Positions 38,402 to 48,531 of a stretch of 64,000 nt of DNA are shown here, one piece after another. The notes below the pieces were generated by a model. That model was not told the origin of the DNA and made no database searches. It saw nothing but the letters and a program-made list of their open reading frames with translations. This stretch comes from Dehalococcoidia bacterium (GTDB taxonomy: Bacteria; Chloroflexota; Dehalococcoidia; Bin125). The stretch covers positions 352,001-416,000 of the forward strand of contig OY820591.1 of NCBI GenBank assembly GCA_963555985.3, in the 5' to 3' direction. Every line of letters begins with the position of its first letter. The stretch's first letter is position 1. The position numbers and the translations under genes were made by a program.

Positions 38402-38962
38402 ATGACAACCGAAACGACTCCGCAACTGCTGACCGCCGATGATCTGCTGGAGCTGTACAGCCAGGGCGTGCGTGGCGAGCTGATCCGAGGAGTACTCTGC
38501 GAAACCATGTCCACCGGGGTGAATCACGGCCAGATTGTGGTTGAATTCGCATCGGAAATTCGAGCGTTTGTCAAACCGAGACGCTTGGGCCGGGTGGTTG
38601 GATCCGATACCGGCATCCGCATCGAGCGCGACCCCGACACCGTGCGCGAGCCGGACATCGCCTACTTTTCCGCCGAACGGATGCCGCTCGATCAGCAGGT
38701 AAGCGGCTACGCCGAGGTCGCTCCCGAGTTGGTCGTCGAAGTGAAATCGCCGAACGACAGCCGCCAGACGGTGTACGACAAGGCTGAGATGTGGCTGCGC
38801 TACGGCGTGCGCCTGGCCTGGGCGGTCTATCCGGAGCGACGGACGGTAGAAGCGCATCACGTGGATCGGGGTGTCGTTGTCTACCAGGCTGATGACGAAC
38901 TGGACGGGATGGATGTGTTGCCGGGGTTTACATGCGCAGTCGGGCCGCTGTTCGAGGTCTAG
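38402..38962 (+). CDS. Uma2-family endonuclease (different subfamily)
   Basis: ELIRG, HG, REPDIAY, PELVVEVKSP, GVRLAW. Confidence 0.92.
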   Translation: MTTETTPQLLTADDLLELYSQGVRGELIRGVLCETMSTGVNHGQIVVEFASEIRAFVKPRRLGRVVGSDTGIRIERDPDTVREPDIAYFSAERMPLDQQVSGYAEVAPELVVEVKSPNDSRQTVYDKAEMWLRYGVRLAWAVYPERRTVEAHHVDRGVVVYQADDELDGMDVLPGFTCAVGPLFEV

Positions 38963-38968
38963 TCAGCC

Positions 38969-40126
38969 ATGCCTCAGCCCTTTGCCATTGACGTTCCCGA
39001 CAGCGAGATCCGCGACCTCAAGCGCCGCCTGGCCAACACGCGCTGGCCCTCCGAAGTGACCGACTCCGGCTGGCGGTACGGCTCGAAACTTGGCTACATA
39101 CGCGAACTCTGCGACTACTGGCGCACAGAGTTCGACTGGTCGGCGCAGCAGGCACGGCTCAACTCGATGCCGCAATTCACGACCCAGGTTTCGGCCGATG
39201 GGGTCGAGGACTACACCGTCCACTACGTTCACCAGCAAGGCGTCGGGCCAAACCCGCTGCCGCTGATCTTCACGCATGGCTGGCCTGGATCGTTCTACGA
39301 GGTGAGCAAGATTCTGGGGCCGTTGACCGATCCGGGCGCTCACGGCGGTGATCCGGCGGACGCCTTCACGGTCGTTGCGCCGTCCTTGCCGGGCTACGGT
39401 TTCTCGGGGATTCCGGCGACGGGCGGGTTTGGGCACATGCGCGCGGCTCGCATCTGGGTCGCGCTGATGGCGAGTTTGGGCTACGAGCGTTACGGAGCGC
39501 AGGGCGGCGACATCGGCGCGCGGGTCTCGGCGCTGACCGCATACGAAGATCCGGAGCATTGCATCGGCGCGCAGATCAATATGCCAAACAGCCTGCCTCC
39601 GGCGGATCGTCCACGCGAATTCTTGAGCGCTGAAGAGCAGGCCATCATCGCCAGAATGACGGAATGGCAACGCAACGAAGCCGGTTATCAGTGGATCCAG
39701 GGCACGCGGCCCCAGACTCTGTCCTACGGTCTGACCGATTCGCCAGCGGGACTGGCAGCCTGGATTGCTGAGAAGTGGCGCTCCTGGTCCGACTGCGACG
39801 GCGAGATCGAGACTCGATTTAGCAAGGACGAACTGCTGACCAACATCTCGATCTACTGGTTCAGCAAGACGATCAACTCTTCGACTCGCTACTACTACGA
39901 GCGACGCCAGCACGACGCGGCGAATGCATTGCCTGGCTACCTGGAAACGCCGGCGGGCTTCTCGGTCTTCCCCAAGGAAATCTTCGGCCCGCCGCGCAAC
40001 TGGGTGGAGGCGGAGTACAACGTGACGCAATGGTCGGTACACGATCGCGGCGGTCACTTCGCGGCGATGGAGGAGCCGGAGTTGCTGGTCGGTGATATCC
40101 GCGAGTTCTTCCGTCCGTTGCGCTGA
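38969..40126 (+). CDS. epoxide hydrolase (microsomal/EHN type) 1
   Basis: EHN N-terminus, HGWP, GGDIG, GGHFAA. Confidence 0.95.
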   Translation: MPQPFAIDVPDSEIRDLKRRLANTRWPSEVTDSGWRYGSKLGYIRELCDYWRTEFDWSAQQARLNSMPQFTTQVSADGVEDYTVHYVHQQGVGPNPLPLIFTHGWPGSFYEVSKILGPLTDPGAHGGDPADAFTVVAPSLPGYGFSGIPATGGFGHMRAARIWVALMASLGYERYGAQGGDIGARVSALTAYEDPEHCIGAQINMPNSLPPADRPREFLSAEEQAIIARMTEWQRNEAGYQWIQGTRPQTLSYGLTDSPAGLAAWIAEKWRSWSDCDGEIETRFSKDELLTNISIYWFSKTINSSTRYYYERRQHDAANALPGYLETPAGFSVFPKEIFGPPRNWVEAEYNVTQWSVHDRGGHFAAMEEPELLVGDIREFFRPLR

Positions 40127-40182
40127 GGGATCGTGCGATACTGACGCCGGAACACGATCCGCAGCGGAAGAGGACCTCCGAT

Positions 40183-41337
40183 ATGCCCGAGCCCTTCAAA
40201 ATTGACGTGCCCGACACCGACATCCGCGACCTCAAGCGCCGGCTGGCGCAGACTCGTTGGCCCTCGGAGGTGAACGACTCCGGTTGGCAGTACGGGTCGA
40301 ACCTGGCCTACATGCAGGAGCTCTGCGAGTACTGGCGGACGCAGTACGACTGGCGGGTGCAGGAGACGTATCTGAACCGGATCCCGCAGTTCACCACGCA
40401 GGTCTCGGCGGACGGGGTAGAGGACTACACGGTCCACTACGTGCATCAAGAGGGCGTCGGCCCCGATCCGCTGCCGCTGGTCTTCACCCACGGCTGGCCG
40501 GGCACGTTCTATGAGGTGAGCAAGATTTTGGGGCCGCTGACCGATCCGGCCGCGCACGGGGGCGATCCGGCCGACGCCTTCACGGTGATCGCGCCCTCGA
40601 TTCCGGGTTACGGCTTCTCGCAGATTCCGACCAGCGGCGGCTTCGGGCAGAAGCGCACGGCGCTGCTCTGGGGCGCGCTGATGGAGCAGTTGGGCTACGA
40701 GCGCTACGGCGCGCAGGGCGGCGACTGGGGCGCGATCGTGACGGCGCAGGTCGCCTATCAGCACCCGGACCACTGCATCGGCGCGCAGATCAATATGCCG
40801 ATCGGGCGTCCGCCGGAGACCGACCCTGCCACCTGGACCGATCACGAACGCGCCGTTGCCGCCAAGGCCCAGCACTGGCAGGCCCAGGAGACCGGCTACC
40901 AGGCGATCCAGGGCACCAAGCCGCAGACCCTCGCCTACGGGCTGACCGACTCGCCGGCCGGACTGGCCGCCTGGATCACCGAGAAGTGGCGCTCCTGGTC
41001 GGATTGCGACGGCGACATCGAGAAGCGCTTCAGCAAGGACGAGATTCTGACCAACATCTCGATCTACTGGTTCGGCCAGACGATCAACTCGTCTACCCGC
41101 TACTACTACGAGATGCGCCAGAACCAGGCGGAGAACTTCCTACCCGGGCGGCTGGAAACACCGACCGGATTCTCGGTCTTCCCCGGCGAGATCATCACCG
41201 CGCCGCGCAGCTGGTGCGAACCCGGCTACAACATCACCCACTGGTCCGAGCACGACCGCGGAGGCCACTTCGCCGCGCTCGAAGAGCCCGACCTCCTCGT
41301 CGGCGACATCCGCGACTTCTTCCGGCCCCTCCGCTAG
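40183..41337 (+). CDS. epoxide hydrolase 2
   Basis: HGWP, GGDWG, GGHFAA; close paralog of EH1. Confidence 0.95.
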   Translation: MPEPFKIDVPDTDIRDLKRRLAQTRWPSEVNDSGWQYGSNLAYMQELCEYWRTQYDWRVQETYLNRIPQFTTQVSADGVEDYTVHYVHQEGVGPDPLPLVFTHGWPGTFYEVSKILGPLTDPAAHGGDPADAFTVIAPSIPGYGFSQIPTSGGFGQKRTALLWGALMEQLGYERYGAQGGDWGAIVTAQVAYQHPDHCIGAQINMPIGRPPETDPATWTDHERAVAAKAQHWQAQETGYQAIQGTKPQTLAYGLTDSPAGLAAWITEKWRSWSDCDGDIEKRFSKDEILTNISIYWFGQTINSSTRYYYEMRQNQAENFLPGRLETPTGFSVFPGEIITAPRSWCEPGYNITHWSEHDRGGHFAALEEPDLLVGDIRDFFRPLR

Positions 41338-41340
41338 GTT

Positions 41341-41397
41341 CCCTCTCCACCCGCACTGCGGGGGGAGATGTCCCCGAGGGACAGAGGGGGGTCCGCC
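41341..41397. repeat. REP-like family 1 unit
   Basis: CCCTCTCCACCCGCACTGCGGGGGGAGATG...ACAGAGGGGGGTCC. Confidence 0.85.
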
Positions 41398-41408
41398 TCA
41401 CCCGAAAC

Positions 41409-42599
41409 ATGCACCCCTTCCAGATCCACGTCCCCGACGCCGACCTCGCCGAGCTTCGCCAGCGCCTCGGTGACATTCGCTGGCTGCCCGAAGTGCCGGG
41501 CAGCGAGTGGCTCTACGGGGTTGAGCTCGCTTTTCTCCAGGAGCTCTGCGAGTACTGGGCTACCGAATTCGACTGGCGCGAGCTCGAATCCGGTCTCAAC
41601 GCCTTCCCGCAATACCGCACGACCTTGACCGCCTGGAACGGCGAAGCGCTTGAGATCCACCTGATCCATCGGCGCAGCTCTCGTCCCGATGCGCGTCCGC
41701 TGTTGATCCAGCACGGCTGGCCCTCGAGTGTCTACGAGTTCTACAAGATCATTGACGCGCTGGCGGAGCCGGATGATCCCGCCGCGCCTGCCTTCCATGT
41801 CGTCGCGCCGTCGCTGCCCGGTTACGGCTGGTCGGGCATTCCCCAACGTGCCGGCATTGGACCGGCTGCGATCGCGGATCTGTGGATCGACTTGATGGCG
41901 CAGCTGGGCTACGAGCGTTTCCGCTATCACGGCGGCGACTGGGGCGCGGCCGTGGGCGGGCAGCTGGCGCTGCGGCATCCGGAGCAGATCGAGCAGATTC
42001 ATCTGACCGCAGCGGCGCTCGCGCCGGCGGGAGATGCGGCGAACCCCCAGAGCGATGAGGAGGTTCGCTTCTTCCGCGACGAGCAGGCGCCCTACATCCG
42101 CGATGACGCCGCGCATCGGGGGATTCACGGAACCAAGTTCCAGACGCTTTCGTTCAGTCTCTCCGATTCGCCGGTCGGCTTGGCCGCCTGGATCGTGGAC
42201 AAGTGGTGGATGCTGTCGGACTGTATGCGCGCTGAGGAAGCGCCGCGCGGGGGCGATGTTTATCGGCGCTTTACCCGCGACGAGTTACTGGCGACGGTCT
42301 CGATCTACTGGTTCACGCAGACGATCAACCCGTCGATGCGCATCTACCACGAGGTCATGCGACCCGCCGCCGCAATCGAAGCCGAAGTCGGGGGGCAGGT
42401 AGCGCTGCGCGAAGGCCAGCGCACGACTGTGCCGGCCGGGTTCGGCAAGCTGGTACGTGGCACCCCGCATCCCCCGCGCAGCTGGTGCGAGCGCGCCTTC
42501 AGCGTTACGCACTGGACCGAGTTTCCCGAGGGCGGGCACTTCCCGGCGATGGAGATTCCCGAACTGCTACTCGCCGATCTGCGGACGTTCTTCGCATGA
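41409..42599 (+). CDS. epoxide hydrolase 3 (diverged)
   Basis: HGWP, GGDWG, GGHFP; start MHPFQIHVPD by alignment with EH1/EH2. Confidence 0.9.
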   Translation: MHPFQIHVPDADLAELRQRLGDIRWLPEVPGSEWLYGVELAFLQELCEYWATEFDWRELESGLNAFPQYRTTLTAWNGEALEIHLIHRRSSRPDARPLLIQHGWPSSVYEFYKIIDALAEPDDPAAPAFHVVAPSLPGYGWSGIPQRAGIGPAAIADLWIDLMAQLGYERFRYHGGDWGAAVGGQLALRHPEQIEQIHLTAAALAPAGDAANPQSDEEVRFFRDEQAPYIRDDAAHRGIHGTKFQTLSFSLSDSPVGLAAWIVDKWWMLSDCMRAEEAPRGGDVYRRFTRDELLATVSIYWFTQTINPSMRIYHEVMRPAAAIEAEVGGQVALREGQRTTVPAGFGKLVRGTPHPPRSWCERAFSVTHWTEFPEGGHFPAMEIPELLLADLRTFFA

Positions 42600-43663
42600 G
42601 CGCGGTCGCGCGACACACGCTGCGCTGTCTCGATTGCGGCGCTCACTCGAATCCGTCGCTGCGGTTGTCGTGCCCCAACTGCGGCGGTCTCTGGGAGATC
42701 GAATACCAGCGGCTCCCGCCCGGCGACATTCGCTTGCCGGCGACGCCACTTCCACTGGGGGAGGGCAGTACACCGACAATCGCGTTCGACTGGGCGGCGG
42801 CTCGCTCGGTGCGGCTCGATCTCAAGCTGGAATTCCTCTCGCCCACCGGTTCGTTCAAGGATCGGGGCGCATCGCTGTTGATCGGCGCGGCCTGGGGCTT
42901 TGGCGTGAGTGAGTTCGTTGAGGACTCCTCCGGCAACGCTGGAGCGGCGCTCGCGGCGTATGGTGCGGCTGCCCGCATGAAGGCTCACATCTTCCTGCCC
43001 GCCGACGCCGCTTCCGCCAAGTTCGCGCAGATTGAGGCGGTTGGCGCGACACCTCATCCGGTTGCAGGCCCGCGCAGCGCTGCCACCGAGGCCGCCGAAG
43101 CCTTTGCCCGCGAGCAGGGTTTGCCCTTCCTTTCGCATAACCGCAATCCCTACTTCAGCGAGGGCATGAAACCCGCCGCGGCCGAGATTGTTGCGTATGG
43201 TCTGCCCGATTCGATCGTGCTGCCGGTCGGCAACGGTTCGCTCCTGATCGGTCTGCATCGAGGTTTCGAGGAACTGCGCCAGATTGGGACAATCGAGCGC
43301 ATTCCGAGACTCCACGCCATCCAGGCCAGCGCCGTTTCGCCGCTTGCAGCGGCCTACCGGAATCACGCAGCGCCCCCGCCGGGCGCGACGATCGCGGAGG
43401 GGATCGCGGTCTCGGAGCCGCCGCGTCTGGCGCAGATGCTGTCGGCGATTCGAGAGACGGACGGGTCGGCGACGGCGGTCTCGGAGTTGGAGATCACGAA
43501 CGCGCATCGAGAGATTGGGCAGCGCGGTCTGTACGTGGAGCCGACGTCGGCGGTTCCATTTGCGGCGCTGCCGCGTCTGGTGGAGCGTGGGCTGATCGGT
43601 GAGGGCGAGCGGGTGTTGATTCCGGTGACTGGATCAGGATTGAAGAGTCCACAGATACGCTGA
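42596..43663 (+). CDS. threonine synthase-like PLP-dependent enzyme
   Basis: CLDC/CPNC, LGEGSTP, PTGSFKDRG, DSSGNAG, PVGNG, EPTSA, TGSGLK; ATGA overlap with EH3. Confidence 0.88.
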   Translation: MSAVARHTLRCLDCGAHSNPSLRLSCPNCGGLWEIEYQRLPPGDIRLPATPLPLGEGSTPTIAFDWAAARSVRLDLKLEFLSPTGSFKDRGASLLIGAAWGFGVSEFVEDSSGNAGAALAAYGAAARMKAHIFLPADAASAKFAQIEAVGATPHPVAGPRSAATEAAEAFAREQGLPFLSHNRNPYFSEGMKPAAAEIVAYGLPDSIVLPVGNGSLLIGLHRGFEELRQIGTIERIPRLHAIQASAVSPLAAAYRNHAAPPPGATIAEGIAVSEPPRLAQMLSAIRETDGSATAVSELEITNAHREIGQRGLYVEPTSAVPFAALPRLVERGLIGEGERVLIPVTGSGLKSPQIR

Positions 43664-43668
43664 GTTCC

Positions 43669-45864
43669 ATGCGGCGTGATGCGTGGCCCGACCCTGCTTG
43701 GTGGATCTGGCGTCGGTTGACGTCGGTCAAGTGGGCGATCGGGCTGATTTTGGCGGCGGCGCTGTTTTCGGCGGTGGGGGTGGTGATCCCGCAGGTGCCG
43801 CCGCAGCTTGCCGATATCCCCGCGCAGGTCGAGGAGCACATCGAGGCCCAGCGCCCCACTTGGGGCTGGTTCACCGACGTGCTGGCCGACTTCCCCTGGT
43901 TCTACGAGACCAATGGCGGCATCTTCAATCTCTACAAGCAGCCCTACTGGTACGCGGTAGTGGCGCTGGTGGCGTTGGCGATCTCGGTCTGTACGGTTAG
44001 CCGCGCTCCCCCGATCTGGCGCACCGTGCGGCGGCCGCCCAAGCGCGTCAATGCGGCCTATTTCGAGCGGGCGCGGCATCGCTATGCGGTAGATGCGCCG
44101 CCCGGAACCGATCCGGTTGCCGCGCTCAGCGCCCGTCTGAAGGCTGCGCGCTATCGGGTCGAGTCGATTGCTTCGAACGATGGCGCGACGCTGCTCTTCG
44201 CCGACCGCTTCGGCTGGGCGCAGTTGGCGACGTTCATCACGCATCTGGCGCTGCTGATCCTGCTCGGCGCGACGCTCGTGACCAAGTTCGCGGGTGAGGA
44301 GTACCAGTTTTGGGTGGCTGAGGGCGAGAGTCACCCGCTCTTTGCGCCGGGCGCGGAACGGCCGCAGGTGCAGATCATCGTGGATGATGCGGTTGCCCGT
44401 TTCGCAGACGACGGCCAAGCGCTCGACTTCCGCAGTCTGGTGCGCGTGGCCGAGGGCGGAACTGAGGTCGCGGGGGGCGATGTGACGGTGAACGGGCCGC
44501 TCCACGCTGCCGGTTACCGCGTGCATCAGGCCGCCTACTGGGAGCACGGCGCGGAGTTGCAGGTCTTCGATCACGGCAGCGGACAGCTGATCTACTCCGA
44601 AACGCACTTCCTCGACCAGCAGATCGTCGGCCCCCGCGTCCGGATCGAGCGCGGCGGCGCGCTGGTTTCAGAGGAAGTGATCGGCCTGGAGCACATAGTC
44701 GCGTTGCCGGACGACGCCTCGGAGGAGACGCTGGCTCGCTACGAGGGCGCGGGCTACACGCTGATCCCGCTGGATGGGGAACGTTCGTTGGCGATCGCGC
44801 TCGTACCTGCGCCGGAGCAGGCGGGCGGGTTCGAGTTTTGGTATCGGGTGCTTTCGCTGCCGCCGGATACGAGCGGCCTCACGCCCGCCGATCTTGGCAT
44901 CAACGCTGCGCCGCCTGAGGAACAGTCCTATGTTCCCCGTGCGCGAGTCATCATCGACGACGAGATCGCCTTTGAGGGGACGCTCACGCTGGATCAAGAG
45001 GAAGGCGCGGCCCGATTCACGGCGCTGCCGCTACCGGAGGGCGGTCAGTTGGTCGTCGGTTTCGCCGATGTGGAGACCGGCGAGCAGTTTTTCTACTACT
45101 CGCTCGTGAGCGCCGAAGATCGGGGCGAACTCGCGCCCGGCGAGCAGATCACGATCGGCGGCCTGACTCTGATCTACGAGGGCGCGGAAGCTGCGAGTCC
45201 GCCCCAGGGCAGCCTTGAGGTTGGCGAGACGCGGACGGTGGGCGCGGTCGAGATCACCTGGCTAGGCGCGGAGTCGGTCTTCTACAGCGTGCTGCCCGAT
45301 GTTCCGGGCGCGGATGGCGATGCGCTGGTGGCGCTGGAACGGTTCGGTCAGGCGCGAACTGCTGCGGTCTTTGATGCTCAAGGCGGCGAAGACGTCGAGC
45401 TGGCCATCGGCGCGACCAACCAGTCCAGCGCCGGCGGACAGGTCGGACGTCCCTCGCGGTTAGTGCTCGGTTTGGGCGGCGGCGCGGGGCGGATTGAACT
45501 GGACGAAGGACAGGAGATCGTCCAGAGCGGCTACCGCTACCGCTACGCGGGCCCGCGCGAGTTCACGGGACTGAACGTGCGCCGCGATCCGGGCGGGATC
45601 GCCTTCTGGGTGGGGATTGGGTTGGGACTGTTGGGCATGTCGCTCACCTTCTTCATGCCCCGCCGCCGCCTCTGGGCGCGGATTGTGGATGGTCGGGTGC
45701 AGCTGGCGGGTCAGGCCGGACACGGGGTCGATTACACGCGCGAGCTGGAGCGGATCGCCGAGTCGCTCAACGCAGACGAGCCACCGCCGCGCGGCCGTCT
45801 AGAGTGGAAACGGCGAGGCGTGAGCCGCTTCGAGGGCGACTACCGGGTTGCGAGCGACGAGTGA
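43669..45864 (+). CDS. resB: cytochrome c biogenesis protein ResB/CcsB
   Basis: WR.LTSVK.AI, G.VIPQ, CT..R, THLAL, VNGPL, TGL.VRRDPG + TM + RRLW. Confidence 0.85.
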   Translation: MRRDAWPDPAWWIWRRLTSVKWAIGLILAAALFSAVGVVIPQVPPQLADIPAQVEEHIEAQRPTWGWFTDVLADFPWFYETNGGIFNLYKQPYWYAVVALVALAISVCTVSRAPPIWRTVRRPPKRVNAAYFERARHRYAVDAPPGTDPVAALSARLKAARYRVESIASNDGATLLFADRFGWAQLATFITHLALLILLGATLVTKFAGEEYQFWVAEGESHPLFAPGAERPQVQIIVDDAVARFADDGQALDFRSLVRVAEGGTEVAGGDVTVNGPLHAAGYRVHQAAYWEHGAELQVFDHGSGQLIYSETHFLDQQIVGPRVRIERGGALVSEEVIGLEHIVALPDDASEETLARYEGAGYTLIPLDGERSLAIALVPAPEQAGGFEFWYRVLSLPPDTSGLTPADLGINAAPPEEQSYVPRARVIIDDEIAFEGTLTLDQEEGAARFTALPLPEGGQLVVGFADVETGEQFFYYSLVSAEDRGELAPGEQITIGGLTLIYEGAEAASPPQGSLEVGETRTVGAVEITWLGAESVFYSVLPDVPGADGDALVALERFGQARTAAVFDAQGGEDVELAIGATNQSSAGGQVGRPSRLVLGLGGGAGRIELDEGQEIVQSGYRYRYAGPREFTGLNVRRDPGGIAFWVGIGLGLLGMSLTFFMPRRRLWARIVDGRVQLAGQAGHGVDYTRELERIAESLNADEPPPRGRLEWKRRGVSRFEGDYRVASDE

Positions 45865-45869
45865 GCAGA

Positions 45870-47525
45870 ATGAGCGGCGCAGTCGATCAACTTCACGGCA
45901 AGCTGTTCTTCGGCGACAACCTGGAAGTGCTGCGGCGCGACTTTCCCCACGAGAGCGTGGACCTGATCTACCTCGATCCGCCGTTCAACTCGAACGCCAG
46001 CTACAACGTCCTCTTCCGGGATGAGAGCGGCAATGCCGCTCCAAGCCAAATCCGCGCCTTCGACGACACCTGGCACTGGGGTCCGGATGCGGTGGATGCG
46101 CTGCTCGATCTGAACGGAACGCCCGCCGGCAATCTCCTGCACTCACTCGCAGAGTCAATCGGCGAGAATCAGCTCACTGCCTATCTCTGCATGATGGGGG
46201 TGAGGCTGGTTGAGCTGCAGCGTGTGCTGAAACCGAGCGGCAACATCTACCTGCACTGCGACGACAACGCCGCTCATTACCTGCGAATCCTGATGGATGT
46301 GGTGTTTGGCCCCACCCAATATCGCAATGACATCATCTGGCGGCGCGCGATCGCTCACAGCGATGCAAGACGTTTCGGGCGCATCACTGACCACATCCTC
46401 TTTTACAGCAAGTCCGATCAGCGCTATTGGGATGGTCGGGCAGCGGCGACCCCAAGATCGGACGAAGAATTGCAGTCCGCCTATCCGTCGGAGGACGAGC
46501 GCGGTCGGTATCGCAATAGCGACCTGACGGCCCAAGGAGTCCGACAGGGAGAGTCTGGTCAAACGTGGCGCGATTACGAGGTCACTCGCCGCCGCCGGCA
46601 CTGGAGTCCGCCCAGAACCGGTGCGTACGCCGAGTACATTGAGCGCGAGTTCATTCCCGGCTACCGCAGCATTGCCGGCCTGCATGATCGCTTGGACGCG
46701 CTTGAAGCTGCCGGTCTGGTGCGACATGCAGAACAAGGCGCTTGGCCCGGACTGAAGCGTTACGCCGAGGCCGACATTGGTCATCTCCCCCAGAATCTGA
46801 TCCTGCAACCGACCGGCTTCACGAACTTCAATGTGGGACGCGGGGAGCATCTCGGGTTCCCCACTCAGAAACCACTGGCGCTGCTCGAACAGCTCATCCC
46901 CGTTGCCTGCCCGCCGGGCGGGCTCGTCTTTGATCCGTTCTGCGGTTGCGGGACTACCCTTGAAGCAGCCGAACGACTCGGCCGGCGCTGGGTGGGAATC
47001 GATATCACGCATCTTGCGATCGGACTGGTTGAGGAGCGTCTTCTGCGCGCCGGGGCCGAATCCCACGTGATTGGGGCGCCCCAGGACCTTGTTTCGGCTC
47101 AGGACCTCGCCCGCCGCGACCCGTTCCAATTTGAGGCTTGGGCGGTGCAACGGTTGCGCGGCTTCCGCGCGAATCAACGCCAGTGGGGCGATGGAGGCAT
47201 TGACGGGCGGATGCGCTTTCGCAAGACCGATCGCCGCCGCCCGGACGGGCTTGCCGTTGCACAGGTCAAGTCGGGTCGGGTCAATCCTGGTGATGTGCAG
47301 GCGTTTCGCGGTGCGCTGGACGACGCCAATGCCGATCTGGGCGTGTTCATCACGCTGGACGAGGTGAGCGCCGGCGTTCAAGCCGCCGCGCGGCGTGCAG
47401 GACGGGTCGCCATCGGCGACCGCCAATATCCCATCGTGCAACTCTGGTCGCTAGCTGACCACTTCGCCGGATGCCCGCCGGAGCTTCCGATCCCCGCCGC
47501 CTGGGAGCGCCAGCGCCTGCTTTAG
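45870..47525 (+). CDS. DNA methyltransferase fused to Mrr-like endonuclease domain
   Basis: GDNL, DPPFNS, FPTQKP, DPFCGCGTT; C-terminal FEAW...DGGIDG...QVKSG. Confidence 0.9.
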   Translation: MSGAVDQLHGKLFFGDNLEVLRRDFPHESVDLIYLDPPFNSNASYNVLFRDESGNAAPSQIRAFDDTWHWGPDAVDALLDLNGTPAGNLLHSLAESIGENQLTAYLCMMGVRLVELQRVLKPSGNIYLHCDDNAAHYLRILMDVVFGPTQYRNDIIWRRAIAHSDARRFGRITDHILFYSKSDQRYWDGRAAATPRSDEELQSAYPSEDERGRYRNSDLTAQGVRQGESGQTWRDYEVTRRRRHWSPPRTGAYAEYIEREFIPGYRSIAGLHDRLDALEAAGLVRHAEQGAWPGLKRYAEADIGHLPQNLILQPTGFTNFNVGRGEHLGFPTQKPLALLEQLIPVACPPGGLVFDPFCGCGTTLEAAERLGRRWVGIDITHLAIGLVEERLLRAGAESHVIGAPQDLVSAQDLARRDPFQFEAWAVQRLRGFRANQRQWGDGGIDGRMRFRKTDRRRPDGLAVAQVKSGRVNPGDVQAFRGALDDANADLGVFITLDEVSAGVQAAARRAGRVAIGDRQYPIVQLWSLADHFAGCPPELPIPAAWERQRLL

Positions 47526-47548
47526 GCCGCTCACGATAGGCTCGTGGG

Positions 47549-48490
47549 GTGCAGCTCCTCCCACTGATCATCAACATCAACATCAATCCCGTCCTGATCG
47601 ACACGGGCGGCTTTGAACTGACCTGGCACGGACTCTTCACTGCTGTTGGCATTGCCTTCGGCGTTTGGCTCGCGATTCGGCTCGCCCGCCGCGCCGCGAT
47701 CTCCGAAGACGACGCGATGTCGATTGCGGTCGTTGCCGTGCTCTCCGGGATCATCGGCGCGCGTTTGCTCTGGGTGCTCGAGCACACCGACCAGATCCGC
47801 AGCGTGGGCGACATCTTCGCGCTCACCGACGGCGGCATCTCGATCTACGGCGCGATGATCGGCGGTGTCGTCGGCGGATTCATCTACGTCACCCTGTTCA
47901 AGCCCAATTTCCCCAAATGGATCGCCCTAGACGTGGCTGCGCCGGGAATGATCCTCGGTCAGGCGATCGGGCGTTTCGGCGACACGATCAACGGCGAGCA
48001 CTTCGCCAAGATGTCAGAGCTGCCCTGGGCCTTCCGCTACACCCATCCCCAGACCGACGGCCCCTGGGCGATCTGGGAGGGTGGCCAGCCGGGCGACTCC
48101 TGGTTTCGCGGATCACTCGGGCAAGAAGGCGAAGCGCCGGTGCCCGTGCATCCGGTCGCGGGCGGCTACGAGCTGCTGCTCGATTTCGCCATCCTCGGCG
48201 TGCTGCTGTTGTTGAGGCGCACCAAGATCGGCGCGGGTTGGGGGTTCACGTTCTATGTCTTCGCCTACGCCGCCGTGCGCGGCGGACTCTCGCTGCTGCG
48301 CACCGACGAGGCCGGGATCGCAGGGGCGCTCTCGGTACCGCAGTTGCTCGCGATCGTGACCGGCGCAGCCGCGATCTGGATGGCGCTGCATCTGCTGCGG
48401 CATCCACAGTCGCCGGTTCCGCAGATTGCAACTGGCACGAAGCGCACGCTGCACCGGGTCTCACGGCGCGGCGGCATGGGCCGGGGTTAG
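47549..48490 (+). CDS. lgt: prolipoprotein diacylglyceryl transferase
   Basis: WHG, GARL, GG.SIYG, GQAIGRFGD.INGE, HP...YE. Confidence 0.93.
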   Translation: MQLLPLIINININPVLIDTGGFELTWHGLFTAVGIAFGVWLAIRLARRAAISEDDAMSIAVVAVLSGIIGARLLWVLEHTDQIRSVGDIFALTDGGISIYGAMIGGVVGGFIYVTLFKPNFPKWIALDVAAPGMILGQAIGRFGDTINGEHFAKMSELPWAFRYTHPQTDGPWAIWEGGQPGDSWFRGSLGQEGEAPVPVHPVAGGYELLLDFAILGVLLLLRRTKIGAGWGFTFYVFAYAAVRGGLSLLRTDEAGIAGALSVPQLLAIVTGAAAIWMALHLLRHPQSPVPQIATGTKRTLHRVSRRGGMGRG

Positions 48491-48531
48491 GGCAGTTGGA
48501 ACGACAGCTATCATGAGCGCAGGAGCCGACG

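Noticed and set aside
40986-41408. N-terminal extension of epoxide hydrolase 3
   Set aside because: Overlaps EH2 in another frame and crosses a REP unit; paralog alignment puts the start at 41409
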